64,000 bases of DNA, taken from positions 113,546 through 177,545 of IMG/VR virus record IMGVR_UViG_3300027969_000042; one strand, given 5' to 3'. The stretch comes from a virus. Shown one piece after another: positions 9,480 to 19,075 of this stretch (its first letter is position 1; each line of letters begins with the position of its first letter). The notes under the pieces were generated by a model, which was not told where the DNA came from, made no database searches, and saw nothing but the letters and a program-made list of their open reading frames with translations. The translations under genes and the position numbers were made by a program.

Positions 9480-11093
9480 TTACAAATTAATTTTTATTAT
9501 CTTATATGGGTATTTTCTTTTATTATAAAATCCCTCTCTTTCTTTAAAATGTCTATAAAGTATATTAGACATATCATTTGGATTGAATATATCAACTAAA
9601 TCAAAGATGTTTACTTTATCTTTGTCAGTGTGTAAACGAAGTCCACGACCAATACTTTGAATAATAATCTGCTCTGATTTGAATGAGTCAGTAAATATAA
9701 CATTGAAAATAGCATTTATACTCACACCGGTAGAAAGTGTTCCAAAAGAAGCTACAAGTACTTTAACTTTATCAGAAGTTACCTCCATCAATTTTTTAAT
9801 CTCTTCTCTTTTCCTACCACTTATCTCACCATCAATATAATAGAATTCTTTATCTGGTAATTCATCTTTTAATTTCTGAAATATTCTTTGTCCATTTTCA
9901 ATAGTGTGAAATAATAATAAAGTATTATTAGTACACTTTTCAACAATCTTTCTAATAAAGACTAATCTTTTCTCAGATTGATGAGCATAAGCTTTCTCTA
10001 AATCAAATGCTGCCTTACCATCACCACTCTTTCTTATCAATTTCAATCTTTCATGAAACTCTAAGTCATTATGGTTCATTATAACGGCCTTTATTTCCAT
10101 TGGAGTAATAATACCCTTCTTCTTTAATTCATCCGCAGAAACCTCTGTTATTTTAGGTCCTAAAACGGCCTGTATATTAAGTATCTCACAAGTATCATCT
10201 GTCGGAAAAGTACCAGATACTCCAAATCGACAATAAGCATGTGTAAATGTACTTTCTAGAATAGATGAAATTGTTTTTGCTTTGGCGCCGTGGGCTTCAT
10301 CGGTCGCAATTGTATGAAATTGTTGAAAGAATTTTTTAGGCCACTTCTCTAAAGATTGATAAGTACCAATATAAACATTAGGATTTTCTGTACCAGAAAA
10401 CTTTCTTGGTCTGTCAGACATTACTTCTTCTACTCTAACAGTACAAGGTATATGTCCATTATTTAGATCTTCAAATTTATCAATTTTACTTTCTCTCATT
10501 TGCAGAAGGTTATTCAAACCATAGTTATACTCTATAATATTATCATAAAACTGTGTAACTAAAGTAATTGAAGGAACGATTATTAGAAATTTTGCATCTG
10601 GATCAGTATGTTTTAAAGTATAAAACATAACTATTGATATGATGAGTGACTTACCACCTGAAGTTGCTACTTCTGCCATACAAAATCTATTCTTTAAAAT
10701 TTTATAAGCCGCTTCAATTTGATGGTCGTATGGCATAAAAGGAACTATTTCACCATCTTTCTTCATTTTATGAGTTTTGAAGAAGTCTTTACAGAAGTCT
10801 TGAACTTTTTCTAAAGTAACATCTCTATTGATTGGAAAATCTTCTTTATTTTCAACTATAAAAGGAGCATCAATTTCTTTACAACCTCGCATAGCTTCTT
10901 TCCACAAACCTAAGTTTATTTTACCATCTCTAAAGTAAGATTTTTTACCATCCCATACTCCCATTTTCACCGCTGGTTGGTATCTCCAACCTTTGACATG
11001 ACGAGTTAACCACAGTGATAACTGATGATATTCAACTCTACTTGCTTCTGTGACTACTAACTCTTCTTTATCTTTATCATATCTAAGTTTCAT
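9480..11093 (-). CDS. uvsW: UvsW-like SF2 DNA helicase
   Basis: ATSGGKS Walker A, DEAH, GVSGT and QSIGRGLR motifs; start MKLRYDK at 11093 preferred over the ORF-track start. Confidence 0.92.
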   Translation of the reverse strand: MKLRYDKDKEELVVTEASRVEYHQLSLWLTRHVKGWRYQPAVKMGVWDGKKSYFRDGKINLGLWKEAMRGCKEIDAPFIVENKEDFPINRDVTLEKVQDFCKDFFKTHKMKKDGEIVPFMPYDHQIEAAYKILKNRFCMAEVATSGGKSLIISIVMFYTLKHTDPDAKFLIIVPSITLVTQFYDNIIEYNYGLNNLLQMRESKIDKFEDLNNGHIPCTVRVEEVMSDRPRKFSGTENPNVYIGTYQSLEKWPKKFFQQFHTIATDEAHGAKAKTISSILESTFTHAYCRFGVSGTFPTDDTCEILNIQAVLGPKITEVSADELKKKGIITPMEIKAVIMNHNDLEFHERLKLIRKSGDGKAAFDLEKAYAHQSEKRLVFIRKIVEKCTNNTLLLFHTIENGQRIFQKLKDELPDKEFYYIDGEISGRKREEIKKLMEVTSDKVKVLVASFGTLSTGVSINAIFNVIFTDSFKSEQIIIQSIGRGLRLHTDKDKVNIFDLVDIFNPNDMSNILYRHFKEREGFYNKRKYPYKIIKINL

Positions 11094-11216
11094 CTCATTA
11101 TTATATATAAAAACCTTGTGTTTGTTTAGTTTATGAAGCATTTGTCGTTTTTTTGGGGTTTTTTACAAAGGGGAAAGAGTAAATTGAATATATAATAAAA
11201 AAATAAATTAAATATT

Positions 11217-11528
11217 ATGGGATTATTCAAATTCTTAAAAGGAATTTTTGGAGCAAAAGAGACAGAAACTTGTCCAACTCCAGAAGTAAAAGTACCAGTT
11301 GTAAAAGCTGAGGAAATTAAAAAAGAAGTAGTAAAAGAAGTACCGGTACAAGCTGTGGAAACTAAAGTAACTGCTAAAGAGATTAAAGCAAAAAGAACAC
11401 CTGCTATTAAGAAAACTGAAGAGGTTAAAGTAGAAGAGGTTTCAACAGAAGTTGTTGCTGAGAAAAAAGCTAAACCACGTAGAAGAAGAAAGCCAAAAGC
11501 TAAACCAGAAAACGGAGATCAAGCATAA
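11217..11528 (+). CDS. Hypothetical Lys/Glu-rich protein with a basic C-terminus
   Basis: ORF followed by a terminator; low complexity. Confidence 0.6.
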   Translation: MGLFKFLKGIFGAKETETCPTPEVKVPVVKAEEIKKEVVKEVPVQAVETKVTAKEIKAKRTPAIKKTEEVKVEEVSTEVVAEKKAKPRRRRKPKAKPENGDQA

Positions 11529-11530
11529 TT

Positions 11531-11560
11531 AAAAAACCACTCATATGAGTGGTTTTTTTT
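11531..11560. terminator. Bidirectional intrinsic terminator
   Basis: A6-CCACTCA-TA-TGAGTGG-T8 between convergent genes. Confidence 0.85.
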
Positions 11561-11562
11561 AT

Positions 11563-12024
11563 TTAAAAGAATCCTATATTATTATCCAATAAATCATCTA
11601 TTTTCTTTTCACGCTTAATCGCTTTTAAACGTAGATCATCTTCAAATTTATACAATCTTATATTATATCTTTTACTATTAGGATCATAAGTCAAATCATA
11701 AAATCCAATAACTTCAGTATCTTTTAAATAACCAATAACACTTTGTGCTAAATCATCTAATGTAGAGTTTTGTGATGTCGCCACACTATAGGTATTTTGC
11801 AAAACTTGACTACCTACAATTTTACTAAGAACACCATTAGGTGCATTTAAAATTTTAGTTGTTCTATCAGAAATCTTTTCAAAGAATGATTTAAGTTCAG
11901 AATCCGAAATTTCATTTTTTGGAAATAAAGTATTACTCACACTAAATACACTAAACTTATGTTTTACGTCAGCTACTAACTTTTGAACTTTTTCATCATC
12001 CGATAGAAATGTTATATCTTCCAT
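11563..12024 (-). CDS. Hypothetical protein
   Basis: ORF directly downstream of clpP; ends in the REKKIDDLL motif. Confidence 0.65.
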   Translation of the reverse strand: MEDITFLSDDEKVQKLVADVKHKFSVFSVSNTLFPKNEISDSELKSFFEKISDRTTKILNAPNGVLSKIVGSQVLQNTYSVATSQNSTLDDLAQSVIGYLKDTEVIGFYDLTYDPNSKRYNIRLYKFEDDLRLKAIKREKKIDDLLDNNIGFF

Positions 12025-12029
12025 TCATA

Positions 12030-12689
12030 TTATTTTCTTTTTAATATTATCTCATCGATAATTCCATACTTTTTTGCATCTGGTGCAGTCATCCAATAAT
12101 CTCTATCACCATCTTTAGCAACTTTATCAAAAGCTTGTCCAGATTTATCAGAAATTATTTCATAAAGTTCTTTTTTCAAAGAGTTTATCTCTTTTACTTC
12201 AATCTCTAAATCAGATGCTTGTTGATATCCAGCATATGATAATGGTTGATGTATCATTGTTCTACTTCTTTTAAGAGCCATTCTTTTACCTTTTGTACCA
12301 GAACATAGAATTACCGCAGCCATTGATGCAGCAAGCCCCGTATTGATTGTAACAATGTCTGGTTTAACAAAGTCCATTACATCAAGTAAACCTAATCCAG
12401 TATAAACTGAACCACCTGGAGAATCAATATAAATTGATATGTCATCATCACTTTCGGATTCTAAATAAAGAAGTTGTGCTTTGATTATGTTTGTAACATA
12501 CTCATCAACTTCAGTAGATAAAAAGATAATCCTGTCATCTAATAACTTTGAGAAAACATCAACAGACATACCATTATCCTCTAATAACATAGGAGTGCTG
12601 TTTTTTCTTTGTAAATGTTTAAAGTAATTGTCTTGAAAGGTACTTGAAATAGATTGACTTCGTAGAAATTTTTGTAAGTCGTTTTTCAT
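12030..12689 (-). CDS. clpP: ATP-dependent Clp protease proteolytic subunit
   Basis: DRIIFL, YIDSPGGSV, GLAASMAA (catalytic Ser), MIHQP (His), DRDYWM motifs. Confidence 0.96.
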   Translation of the reverse strand: MKNDLQKFLRSQSISSTFQDNYFKHLQRKNSTPMLLEDNGMSVDVFSKLLDDRIIFLSTEVDEYVTNIIKAQLLYLESESDDDISIYIDSPGGSVYTGLGLLDVMDFVKPDIVTINTGLAASMAAVILCSGTKGKRMALKRSRTMIHQPLSYAGYQQASDLEIEVKEINSLKKELYEIISDKSGQAFDKVAKDGDRDYWMTAPDAKKYGIIDEIILKRK

Positions 12690-12749
12690 TTATGGGTATT
12701 ATTTTTTGTTTTTATTATAAAATAGAGTAAAAGTTTAATATATACTAAT

Positions 12750-13400
12750 ATGAAGTATTTAAAGATTTTTGAAACATTTGATAGAAATAATACACTATAT
12801 GTATTCGACTTTGATGATACACTTGTAAACACACCAGAGTTTGAAGAGTTTGTTATTGAATACTTAACAGAAGACGTTTCTATAAAAGAAATAGTTGATA
12901 AATCAACTGCAAGTATTGGAGTAAATAAGTCAGACTTAAAATGGCAAGATGGTAGAATTTATGTAGAAGATCCAGGTGAGAACATTGAAGTTAAAGGAAA
13001 CTGGGTTAGAAAGGGTAAAAGGGTTTATCTTATGTCACCAGATATATTTGGTATGACTGATTTAAGTTTACCAACTGAAGTATTAGAATTGGCAGAATTT
13101 TATAATTCAATTGAGAATAAATGTATAGTAACTGCTCGTTCAGAAAAGATTAGAGATAAAATTGAAAAAGTTATGAAAGAGTTAGGATTAGAATATCCTA
13201 AATATGGACTTCATATGTATCCTTATGAAAATCACTATAATGCAGGTGGTTGGAAAGGTGAAAAGATTGTTGAACTGGTTGAGAAAACTGGATTTAATAA
13301 GGTTATATTTTACGATGATAATATAAAGTATTTAAAAGGTGCTACTAAAGTCATTAAGAATAAACTACCGAATCTTGATTACAAGTATGTAAAAGTGTAA
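12750..13400 (+). CDS. HAD-superfamily phosphatase-like protein with a capsid-targeting-like N-terminus
   Basis: FDFDDTL motif I, VTAR, YDDN motif IV; starts MKYLKIFETF. Confidence 0.75.
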   Translation: MKYLKIFETFDRNNTLYVFDFDDTLVNTPEFEEFVIEYLTEDVSIKEIVDKSTASIGVNKSDLKWQDGRIYVEDPGENIEVKGNWVRKGKRVYLMSPDIFGMTDLSLPTEVLELAEFYNSIENKCIVTARSEKIRDKIEKVMKELGLEYPKYGLHMYPYENHYNAGGWKGEKIVELVEKTGFNKVIFYDDNIKYLKGATKVIKNKLPNLDYKYVKV

Positions 13401-13447
13401 AAAAGAGGTTTAATAATTTAATATATAATAAAAAAATAATAACATAT

Positions 13448-13756
13448 ATGAAAACTAAAGTTGAAGTACTTGGATATGAAATCGAAATTGAAGAAGTTGA
13501 TGGTGTTGTAACTGTTAAAGCTGAATTAGATGGTGAAACAGTTGAGGAATTCACTCTTGAAACTCCTGAAGAAGGACAAGGTCAAGATGAAGAATCAGAT
13601 GACGACGTTAAAGGATTTAAAGATTTTGATGGTCAAGACGAAGAAGAAGATTTCGGAGACGAAGAATCAGAAGGTCAAGAATCAGAAGAAGAAGATGAGG
13701 ATGAAGACGAAGGTCAGACACTAGAATCTTTTCAATCTTTTTTCAATAAAAGATAA
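13448..13756 (+). CDS. Small acidic hypothetical protein
   Basis: ORF with a TAATATATA site upstream and a terminator downstream. Confidence 0.65.
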   Translation: MKTKVEVLGYEIEIEEVDGVVTVKAELDGETVEEFTLETPEEGQGQDEESDDDVKGFKDFDGQDEEEDFGDEESEGQESEEEDEDEDEGQTLESFQSFFNKR

Positions 13757-13761
13757 ATAAG

Positions 13762-13787
13762 AAAGAGGATTTAGTCCTCTTTTTTTT
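13762..13787 (+). terminator. Intrinsic terminator
   Basis: AAAGAGGA...TCCTCTTT plus a T tract. Confidence 0.8.
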
Positions 13788-13828
13788 ATAAATAAAATTT
13801 AATATATAATAAAAAATATTATAATACT

Positions 13829-14983
13829 ATGTTATTAAAATTTAATAATTTCATCAAAGAAAGTGTTTCTGGTAAAGGAACTTTACTTTTTTATGCATTT
13901 GATTGGGATGACAATATACTAAACATGCCAACTGAAATTATGGTACAAACCGAAGATGGTGAAGAAGTTGGTATGAGTACCGCAGACTTTGCGGTTTATC
14001 GTTCTAAAATAGGAAAAGAAGATTTTGAATATGATGGGAAAACTATTGTTGGTTTAGACTATAATACAGCATTTAGAAACTTTAGAGATATTGAAGATCC
14101 AGAAATATTCAAAAAAGATGTTGCCAAAGCATTACAAATGGAGGCATTTGCACCTGCTTGGGAAGATTTTATTGAATGTTTAACTAATGGTTCTGTATTT
14201 GCTATTATTACTGCAAGAGGACACGAATCAGAAGGTATGAGAAAAGGTGTTGAATATATTATTGATAGTTTAGATCAACAAGATAAAGAGAAAATGCATG
14301 ATAGTTTACTTATGTTCCTTCAACTTTTTGGTAAATCAAGAAATGAAGAAAGTTATGAAAGTATTACAAATTTCTCTCAAAGTGAATTAGTTAAAAACTA
14401 CTTAGATTTATGTCACTTTGTTGGTGTTTCTGCACCTTCAAGAGGTGGTTCACCTGCTAATCCAGAAGCAGCAAAAGAAGATGCTTTAAGAGAATTTATT
14501 ACTGATGTAAATGGATATGCAGAAAAAATTGGATTTGTTGCAAAAGTTGGTTTCTCTGATGATGACCCAGGAAATGTTAAACATATGAAAGATGCTCTTT
14601 CGAGTGAAGACTTAGATCATGAAGAATTATGGCCATTCATTAAAGAGTTTATTATTAAAGATACTAATAAACCCGAAAATGTAGTTAAGACTAATATACC
14701 AACAAGAAGAGTTAAATCATTTGGTGATTTTAATGAGAGTCAAAGTCAAACTACAGGACTACAAAGTTCTACTATTTCTATGCAACCAGAAACTAATCTA
14801 ATGATTATGGCTGGTAAGACTGATGATTTCAGTGCAAATGGTGATGAAACTCGTCAAGATCCTTATGGTAATAGATTAAAAGCACAAGCAAGAAGATTAG
14901 GTAATCAAGAATGGTGTGCTTGTTGTGACAACTCAAAGGCCGAATGTGATTGTGGTGACGATTGTGACTGTGATCGTAAATAA
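13829..14983 (+). CDS. HAD-like protein with a Cys-rich C-terminal tail
   Basis: FDWDDNIL, ITARGH and FSDDD motifs. Confidence 0.7.
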   Translation: MLLKFNNFIKESVSGKGTLLFYAFDWDDNILNMPTEIMVQTEDGEEVGMSTADFAVYRSKIGKEDFEYDGKTIVGLDYNTAFRNFRDIEDPEIFKKDVAKALQMEAFAPAWEDFIECLTNGSVFAIITARGHESEGMRKGVEYIIDSLDQQDKEKMHDSLLMFLQLFGKSRNEESYESITNFSQSELVKNYLDLCHFVGVSAPSRGGSPANPEAAKEDALREFITDVNGYAEKIGFVAKVGFSDDDPGNVKHMKDALSSEDLDHEELWPFIKEFIIKDTNKPENVVKTNIPTRRVKSFGDFNESQSQTTGLQSSTISMQPETNLMIMAGKTDDFSANGDETRQDPYGNRLKAQARRLGNQEWCACCDNSKAECDCGDDCDCDRK

Positions 14984-14985
14984 TA

Positions 14986-15016
14986 AAAAAAAATCCTCTT
15001 TTTAAGAGGATTTTTT
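14986..15016 (+). terminator. Intrinsic terminator
   Basis: AATCCTCTT...AAGAGGATT plus a T tract. Confidence 0.8.
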
Positions 15017-15052
15017 ATTTAAACTTAGTAAGCTTTTTACAATATATTCTGT

Positions 15053-16249
15053 ATGGATAAAGTCTATATTAAAAATATTCTTCAAAAAATTCTTAACAAA
15101 GAGTTTGCAAATGTTCAAAAACGTAGAGTAAATGATTACTCAGACCGTTTGAACTTTGCTTGTCCATTTTGTGGAGATAGTCATCGAAATAACCATGCAA
15201 AACGTGGTAATCTTTATTTTAACCGATTAGTTTTTATTTGTTTCAATTGTGATAAGAAAACCACATTCGATAGAATGTGTAAAGAATTTAATGAACAAAT
15301 TGATCCTGATAAGAAATTAGAAATGATTGAACACTTAGATTCAATTATGACTTATAATGATTACCAAAGTGAATTTACTGATGCAAAATTTGATAACTTA
15401 ATCGATTTAACTGATTTAGAAAAATCTATTGAACTAAATCTTACTCCATTTTCTGACTTTAAGCCGATTCAAGTAAACGGTGGTATCTACAAGTACCTAA
15501 TTGGTCGTGGTATAGAACCAGATAAACATAAAAATATCTACCAAGCAAAGTATTGGAAAAATGAAGATGAGTCTGAATGGATTATAATAATGCTTAATCG
15601 TAGAGATACTAAGTTGTTAGGAATGCAAGTTCGTAATCTTAAAGAAGGTCGAAAAAGAATGTTTAAAATCTATAATTATGAAAATATATTAGAGTGGGTA
15701 AATCTAGCTAAGGAAGAACCTAAACAAGTTGATATAAATGAGTTAGTTATTTATAACAAGTTATCTTATTATTTTAATATACTTAATGTTGACTTCGATA
15801 GAATGATTACTGTTTTTGAAGGTTACTTAGATTCATTATTTTACCCTAACTCAATTGGTTTAGTTGGGGTAAATACAGATTTTAGATTTTTAGAAAATAG
15901 TGGATTTGATCTACAATACTTTTTCGATAATGATGAGGCCGGATTTAAGAAGTCAGAAGAGAAGTTAAAAGAAGGATATACAGTATTCTTATGGAATAAA
16001 TTATTTGAGAGTATTGTTGACCAAAAGAATTCTAATGATCCTTTTAGTTTATTACATAGAATTAGTAAAGTAAAAGATATAAATAAATTATGTCAACTAA
16101 CACCAGATGCGTTTAAAAAGTTAAAACTTCCATTATTTTTCAGTAAAGATACGTTGGATGTAAAATGGATTCCTAAATTCAAACGTAAGAGAAATAATAA
16201 AGAAGAAGTTGATTATAATAAAAAATTTGAAGAATTTAAAAAATTATAA
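15053..16249 (+). CDS. gp61: DNA primase (T4 gp61-like)
   Basis: CPFCGDS...CFNC zinc ribbon; TOPRIM FEGYLDS and FDNDEAG. Confidence 0.9.
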   Translation: MDKVYIKNILQKILNKEFANVQKRRVNDYSDRLNFACPFCGDSHRNNHAKRGNLYFNRLVFICFNCDKKTTFDRMCKEFNEQIDPDKKLEMIEHLDSIMTYNDYQSEFTDAKFDNLIDLTDLEKSIELNLTPFSDFKPIQVNGGIYKYLIGRGIEPDKHKNIYQAKYWKNEDESEWIIIMLNRRDTKLLGMQVRNLKEGRKRMFKIYNYENILEWVNLAKEEPKQVDINELVIYNKLSYYFNILNVDFDRMITVFEGYLDSLFYPNSIGLVGVNTDFRFLENSGFDLQYFFDNDEAGFKKSEEKLKEGYTVFLWNKLFESIVDQKNSNDPFSLLHRISKVKDINKLCQLTPDAFKKLKLPLFFSKDTLDVKWIPKFKRKRNNKEEVDYNKKFEEFKKL

Positions 16250-16309
16250 GCTATTTTATTTATTTTTTTGTGTTTTTTGTTTTAATATATAAAATAAAAA
16301 AGACTTATT

Positions 16310-16633
16310 ATGGCAGAACAAGTTAAAAAGAAGTTAGGATTCTTTGGAAGTATCAAATGGTTCTTCACAGAGATTATGAAAATCTATTCCACACAAGATT
16401 CTTACTTTTCTAAAAAAAGAGTTGAGTCAGGTATTGGATTTGTAATTGCAGAGTGGGGAATGATATTTTTCCTATTAAGCAAATTTGAAACAATGACTAT
16501 GATTGAGTTTGGTGGATGGGCTTCTATTCAGTTTCTTGTAGCAGGTTATATGGTTAGCCAAATACAAAGCGAAAAGAAAGCATCAGACGTTAGTAATTCA
16601 GCAGATGCAACGGTTGAGGAAAATCAACAGTAA
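16310..16633 (+). CDS. Small two-TM membrane protein (holin candidate)
   Basis: Two hydrophobic segments and a late-type promoter upstream; the holin role is inferred. Confidence 0.5.
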   Translation: MAEQVKKKLGFFGSIKWFFTEIMKIYSTQDSYFSKKRVESGIGFVIAEWGMIFFLLSKFETMTMIEFGGWASIQFLVAGYMVSQIQSEKKASDVSNSADATVEENQQ

Positions 16634-16636
16634 AAC

Positions 16637-16664
16637 AAAAACCACTCAAATGAGTGGTTTTTTT
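16637..16664. terminator. Bidirectional intrinsic terminator
   Basis: CCACTCA-AA-TGAGTGG flanked by A and T tracts. Confidence 0.85.
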
Positions 16665-16679
16665 ATATCTATTAAAATA

Positions 16680-17222
16680 TTATTTTAATCTTCTTTCTCT
16701 TCTTGAGAATTTATAACTTTTAGCTTCAAATTCAGGATCAATTCTGTCTTCTTCTTCTAATCTAGGAGCAACTCTTTCAGAACCACCTTGTAAATAAGAA
16801 ACAACTTGATCAACTGTATCAAATTTCTTTCTATCAACGTGGAACTTTTCAGTTTCAGAAGGAAAAATAATTTCTTTTCCATCAAATTCTAATTTGTTGT
16901 TTTGAACTGCATCCGATTCTAATCCTAATGCTTGTGCCAATTCTTTTAATCTACTAGAATAAACATCTTCTTGTTCTTCTTCTTCACCACCTTCAAACTC
17001 TTGTTCAAATGGATTATTTTTAGCCAATGGATTATCTTGTTCACTTGGAACATCATCTGGGATAACACCTGGTCTAGTTGGTCTAGGAGCAGTAGGTCTA
17101 TCTGTATCTGGTCTAGATGGAGTTTCCGTTTCTCTTCTTGTAGGTGCAGGAGCTTGTTCAGGTCCAGCAGTAAACTCTTCATTTATTTTGTCATCTACGA
17201 ATTGATTATACTTTTTAATCAT
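16680..17222 (-). CDS. Hypothetical protein with a capsid-targeting-like N-terminus
   Basis: Starts MIKKYNQF...INEE; Pro/Glu-rich. Confidence 0.65.
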   Translation of the reverse strand: MIKKYNQFVDDKINEEFTAGPEQAPAPTRRETETPSRPDTDRPTAPRPTRPGVIPDDVPSEQDNPLAKNNPFEQEFEGGEEEEQEDVYSSRLKELAQALGLESDAVQNNKLEFDGKEIIFPSETEKFHVDRKKFDTVDQVVSYLQGGSERVAPRLEEEDRIDPEFEAKSYKFSRRERRLK

Positions 17223-17270
17223 ATCAAATAATTATTTTTTTATTATATATTAAATTTAAAATACCTGTTT

Positions 17271-17744
17271 TTACTCTAATTCTTGAACCACATAGTCTAT
17301 AAAGCTATCTAATTCATATTCTAATCCACCACAAAACTCAAAAACATCATATTCCACTACTTTACCCTTATCATTTACAACTTTTAAAAAATCAAGTGAA
17401 TAAGCACCGGTATTATAAAGTATTATTTTACCTTTTAAGTTTCCTTCTATTGTTTTATGTGATTTTTCTAAATCTGGTACATATAAAGTACCAATATATT
17501 CAATACCATCTTCTTCATACTTTATATCATCTAATTCAAATTTAAAGTAATCATCCTCAAAAATAGTATCAGTACTTAAAATCCTCATCTTAGTTTTAAC
17601 TGCTTCTTCATCACCTAAAGAAACTGCGTCTAAAAAGTCTTTTTCATGTATAGTCAAAGATATTATGCCATACTTAGATATTTTATCCAGTAATTCATCA
17701 GTCTTTTCTTGACCGGAAAATTCTTCTGTTACTATACTTTTCAT
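17271..17744 (-). CDS. Hypothetical protein with an N-terminal DUF6576-like motif
   Basis: DELLDKISKYGIISLTIHEKDFL. Confidence 0.6.
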   Translation of the reverse strand: MKSIVTEEFSGQEKTDELLDKISKYGIISLTIHEKDFLDAVSLGDEEAVKTKMRILSTDTIFEDDYFKFELDDIKYEEDGIEYIGTLYVPDLEKSHKTIEGNLKGKIILYNTGAYSLDFLKVVNDKGKVVEYDVFEFCGGLEYELDSFIDYVVQELE

Positions 17745-17759
17745 ACAACTATATATTGT

Positions 17760-17966
17760 TTATATATCATTAAAAAGATCATCAATCCTCTTATCTCGCT
17801 TAAATTGAAGGGAGAAGTCTTTATCATTTTCAAATCTATACTTAAAATCATTAAAAGCACTTTCACTAATTCTTAGTAGAGAAAATGAACCTCTACTTAA
17901 TTTACCTTCCGTAAGTCTGTTATCTAAATGTTTTAGATAATATGGATATATTTCATCTTCTTTCAT
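17760..17966 (-). CDS. Small hypothetical protein
   Basis: 68-aa ORF ending KRDKRIDDLF. Confidence 0.55.
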   Translation of the reverse strand: MKEDEIYPYYLKHLDNRLTEGKLSRGSFSLLRISESAFNDFKYRFENDKDFSLQFKRDKRIDDLFNDI

Positions 17967-17997
17967 ATTTTATATATTATTTTTTTATATATACATT

Positions 17998-18726
17998 ATG
18001 AAATGGATAAAATTAAATGAAAGCTCCTTAAAATTAGGGAACGTAATGACTAAGAAATATGGTGAATTTAACTCAATAGATTGGTTAAATGGTAAAATCA
18101 AGGAATATATCCAAGAGGTATATGAGCCATTTGGTTTTAAATATGGAGTGAATCAAGATTTAAACATAGAAGGTCAGATTATAAGTAGCGAATATATCAG
18201 TAAAATGGTAAATAACTATACGGTATTCAAATCAATAATTAGAGAAAACTCTATTAGAACAGAAGCCGCATTCTATCACTATATGACTAATAATATGAAA
18301 GAGATATATCACTGGAAAGGTAGATACTTTAAACGTATTACTTTACCTGTTTTAATCAATACCTCCAGAAGAGGAAATGTAGGAGAACAAGATTCTTTAA
18401 GATTTTTTAAACAATCTTTACAAGAAAAGAAAGGAATATCAGTAAACTTTATTACACCAACAGTTGAAGAAGATATTTCTGGAATTGATGGAAAATTTAT
18501 TTACTTAGGTAAAGAAGTAACTATTCAAGTTAAACCTTATGATAAAGCAGTTATTAGCGAATCAACAAGAAAAGTGAAAGTTCACTCACAAGGATCATTA
18601 TCGTTGAATACAGACTACCTAATACTTTATAAAGGACAATCATTTATTATTGTAAGAGGTAAAGATGTTACAATAGAAGGAAATTTCTTCACATTTCAAG
18701 AAGATAAAGTAGTAGCAAAAACATAA
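17998..18726 (+). CDS. Putative PD-(D/E)xK nuclease-fold protein
   Basis: GNVGEQ...EDISGIDG...TIQVKP pattern. Confidence 0.5.
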   Translation: MKWIKLNESSLKLGNVMTKKYGEFNSIDWLNGKIKEYIQEVYEPFGFKYGVNQDLNIEGQIISSEYISKMVNNYTVFKSIIRENSIRTEAAFYHYMTNNMKEIYHWKGRYFKRITLPVLINTSRRGNVGEQDSLRFFKQSLQEKKGISVNFITPTVEEDISGIDGKFIYLGKEVTIQVKPYDKAVISESTRKVKVHSQGSLSLNTDYLILYKGQSFIIVRGKDVTIEGNFFTFQEDKVVAKT

Positions 18727-18733
18727 AGTATAT

Positions 18734-19045
18734 ATGAAAAGAATTGATACATTTAATAAGTTTAATGAAAGTGAAGACAATAAAAGGTTTGTAGGTCCTA
18801 ATGGAGAGTTTCAACCTACTGAACAACCAAAAGAAGGAACTACTACTATAAAATTTATGGAAGAACTACTTGAATGGATATATTATCATGATAGCATGCC
18901 TTTTGAAGAAAAAATGAAATTCATAACTGGTATTGAAGAGCAGATACAATTACTTCTAAATGGTGATGGAGGTGGTGCACCATTTGGCATGCCAATCAAT
19001 TATATACCAACTTGGTCAACAAAACTAAAAAAAGATTTAAAATAA
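18734..19045 (+). CDS. Hypothetical protein with a capsid-targeting-like N-terminus
   Basis: Starts MKRIDTFNKFNES. Confidence 0.6.
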   Translation: MKRIDTFNKFNESEDNKRFVGPNGEFQPTEQPKEGTTTIKFMEELLEWIYYHDSMPFEEKMKFITGIEEQIQLLLNGDGGGAPFGMPINYIPTWSTKLKKDLK

Positions 19046-19074
19046 AAATCCTCTCAATATTGAGAGGATTTTTT
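19045..19074. terminator. Bidirectional intrinsic terminator
   Basis: Palindrome ATCCTCTCAATATTGAGAGGAT. Confidence 0.85.
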
Positions 19075-19075
19075 A

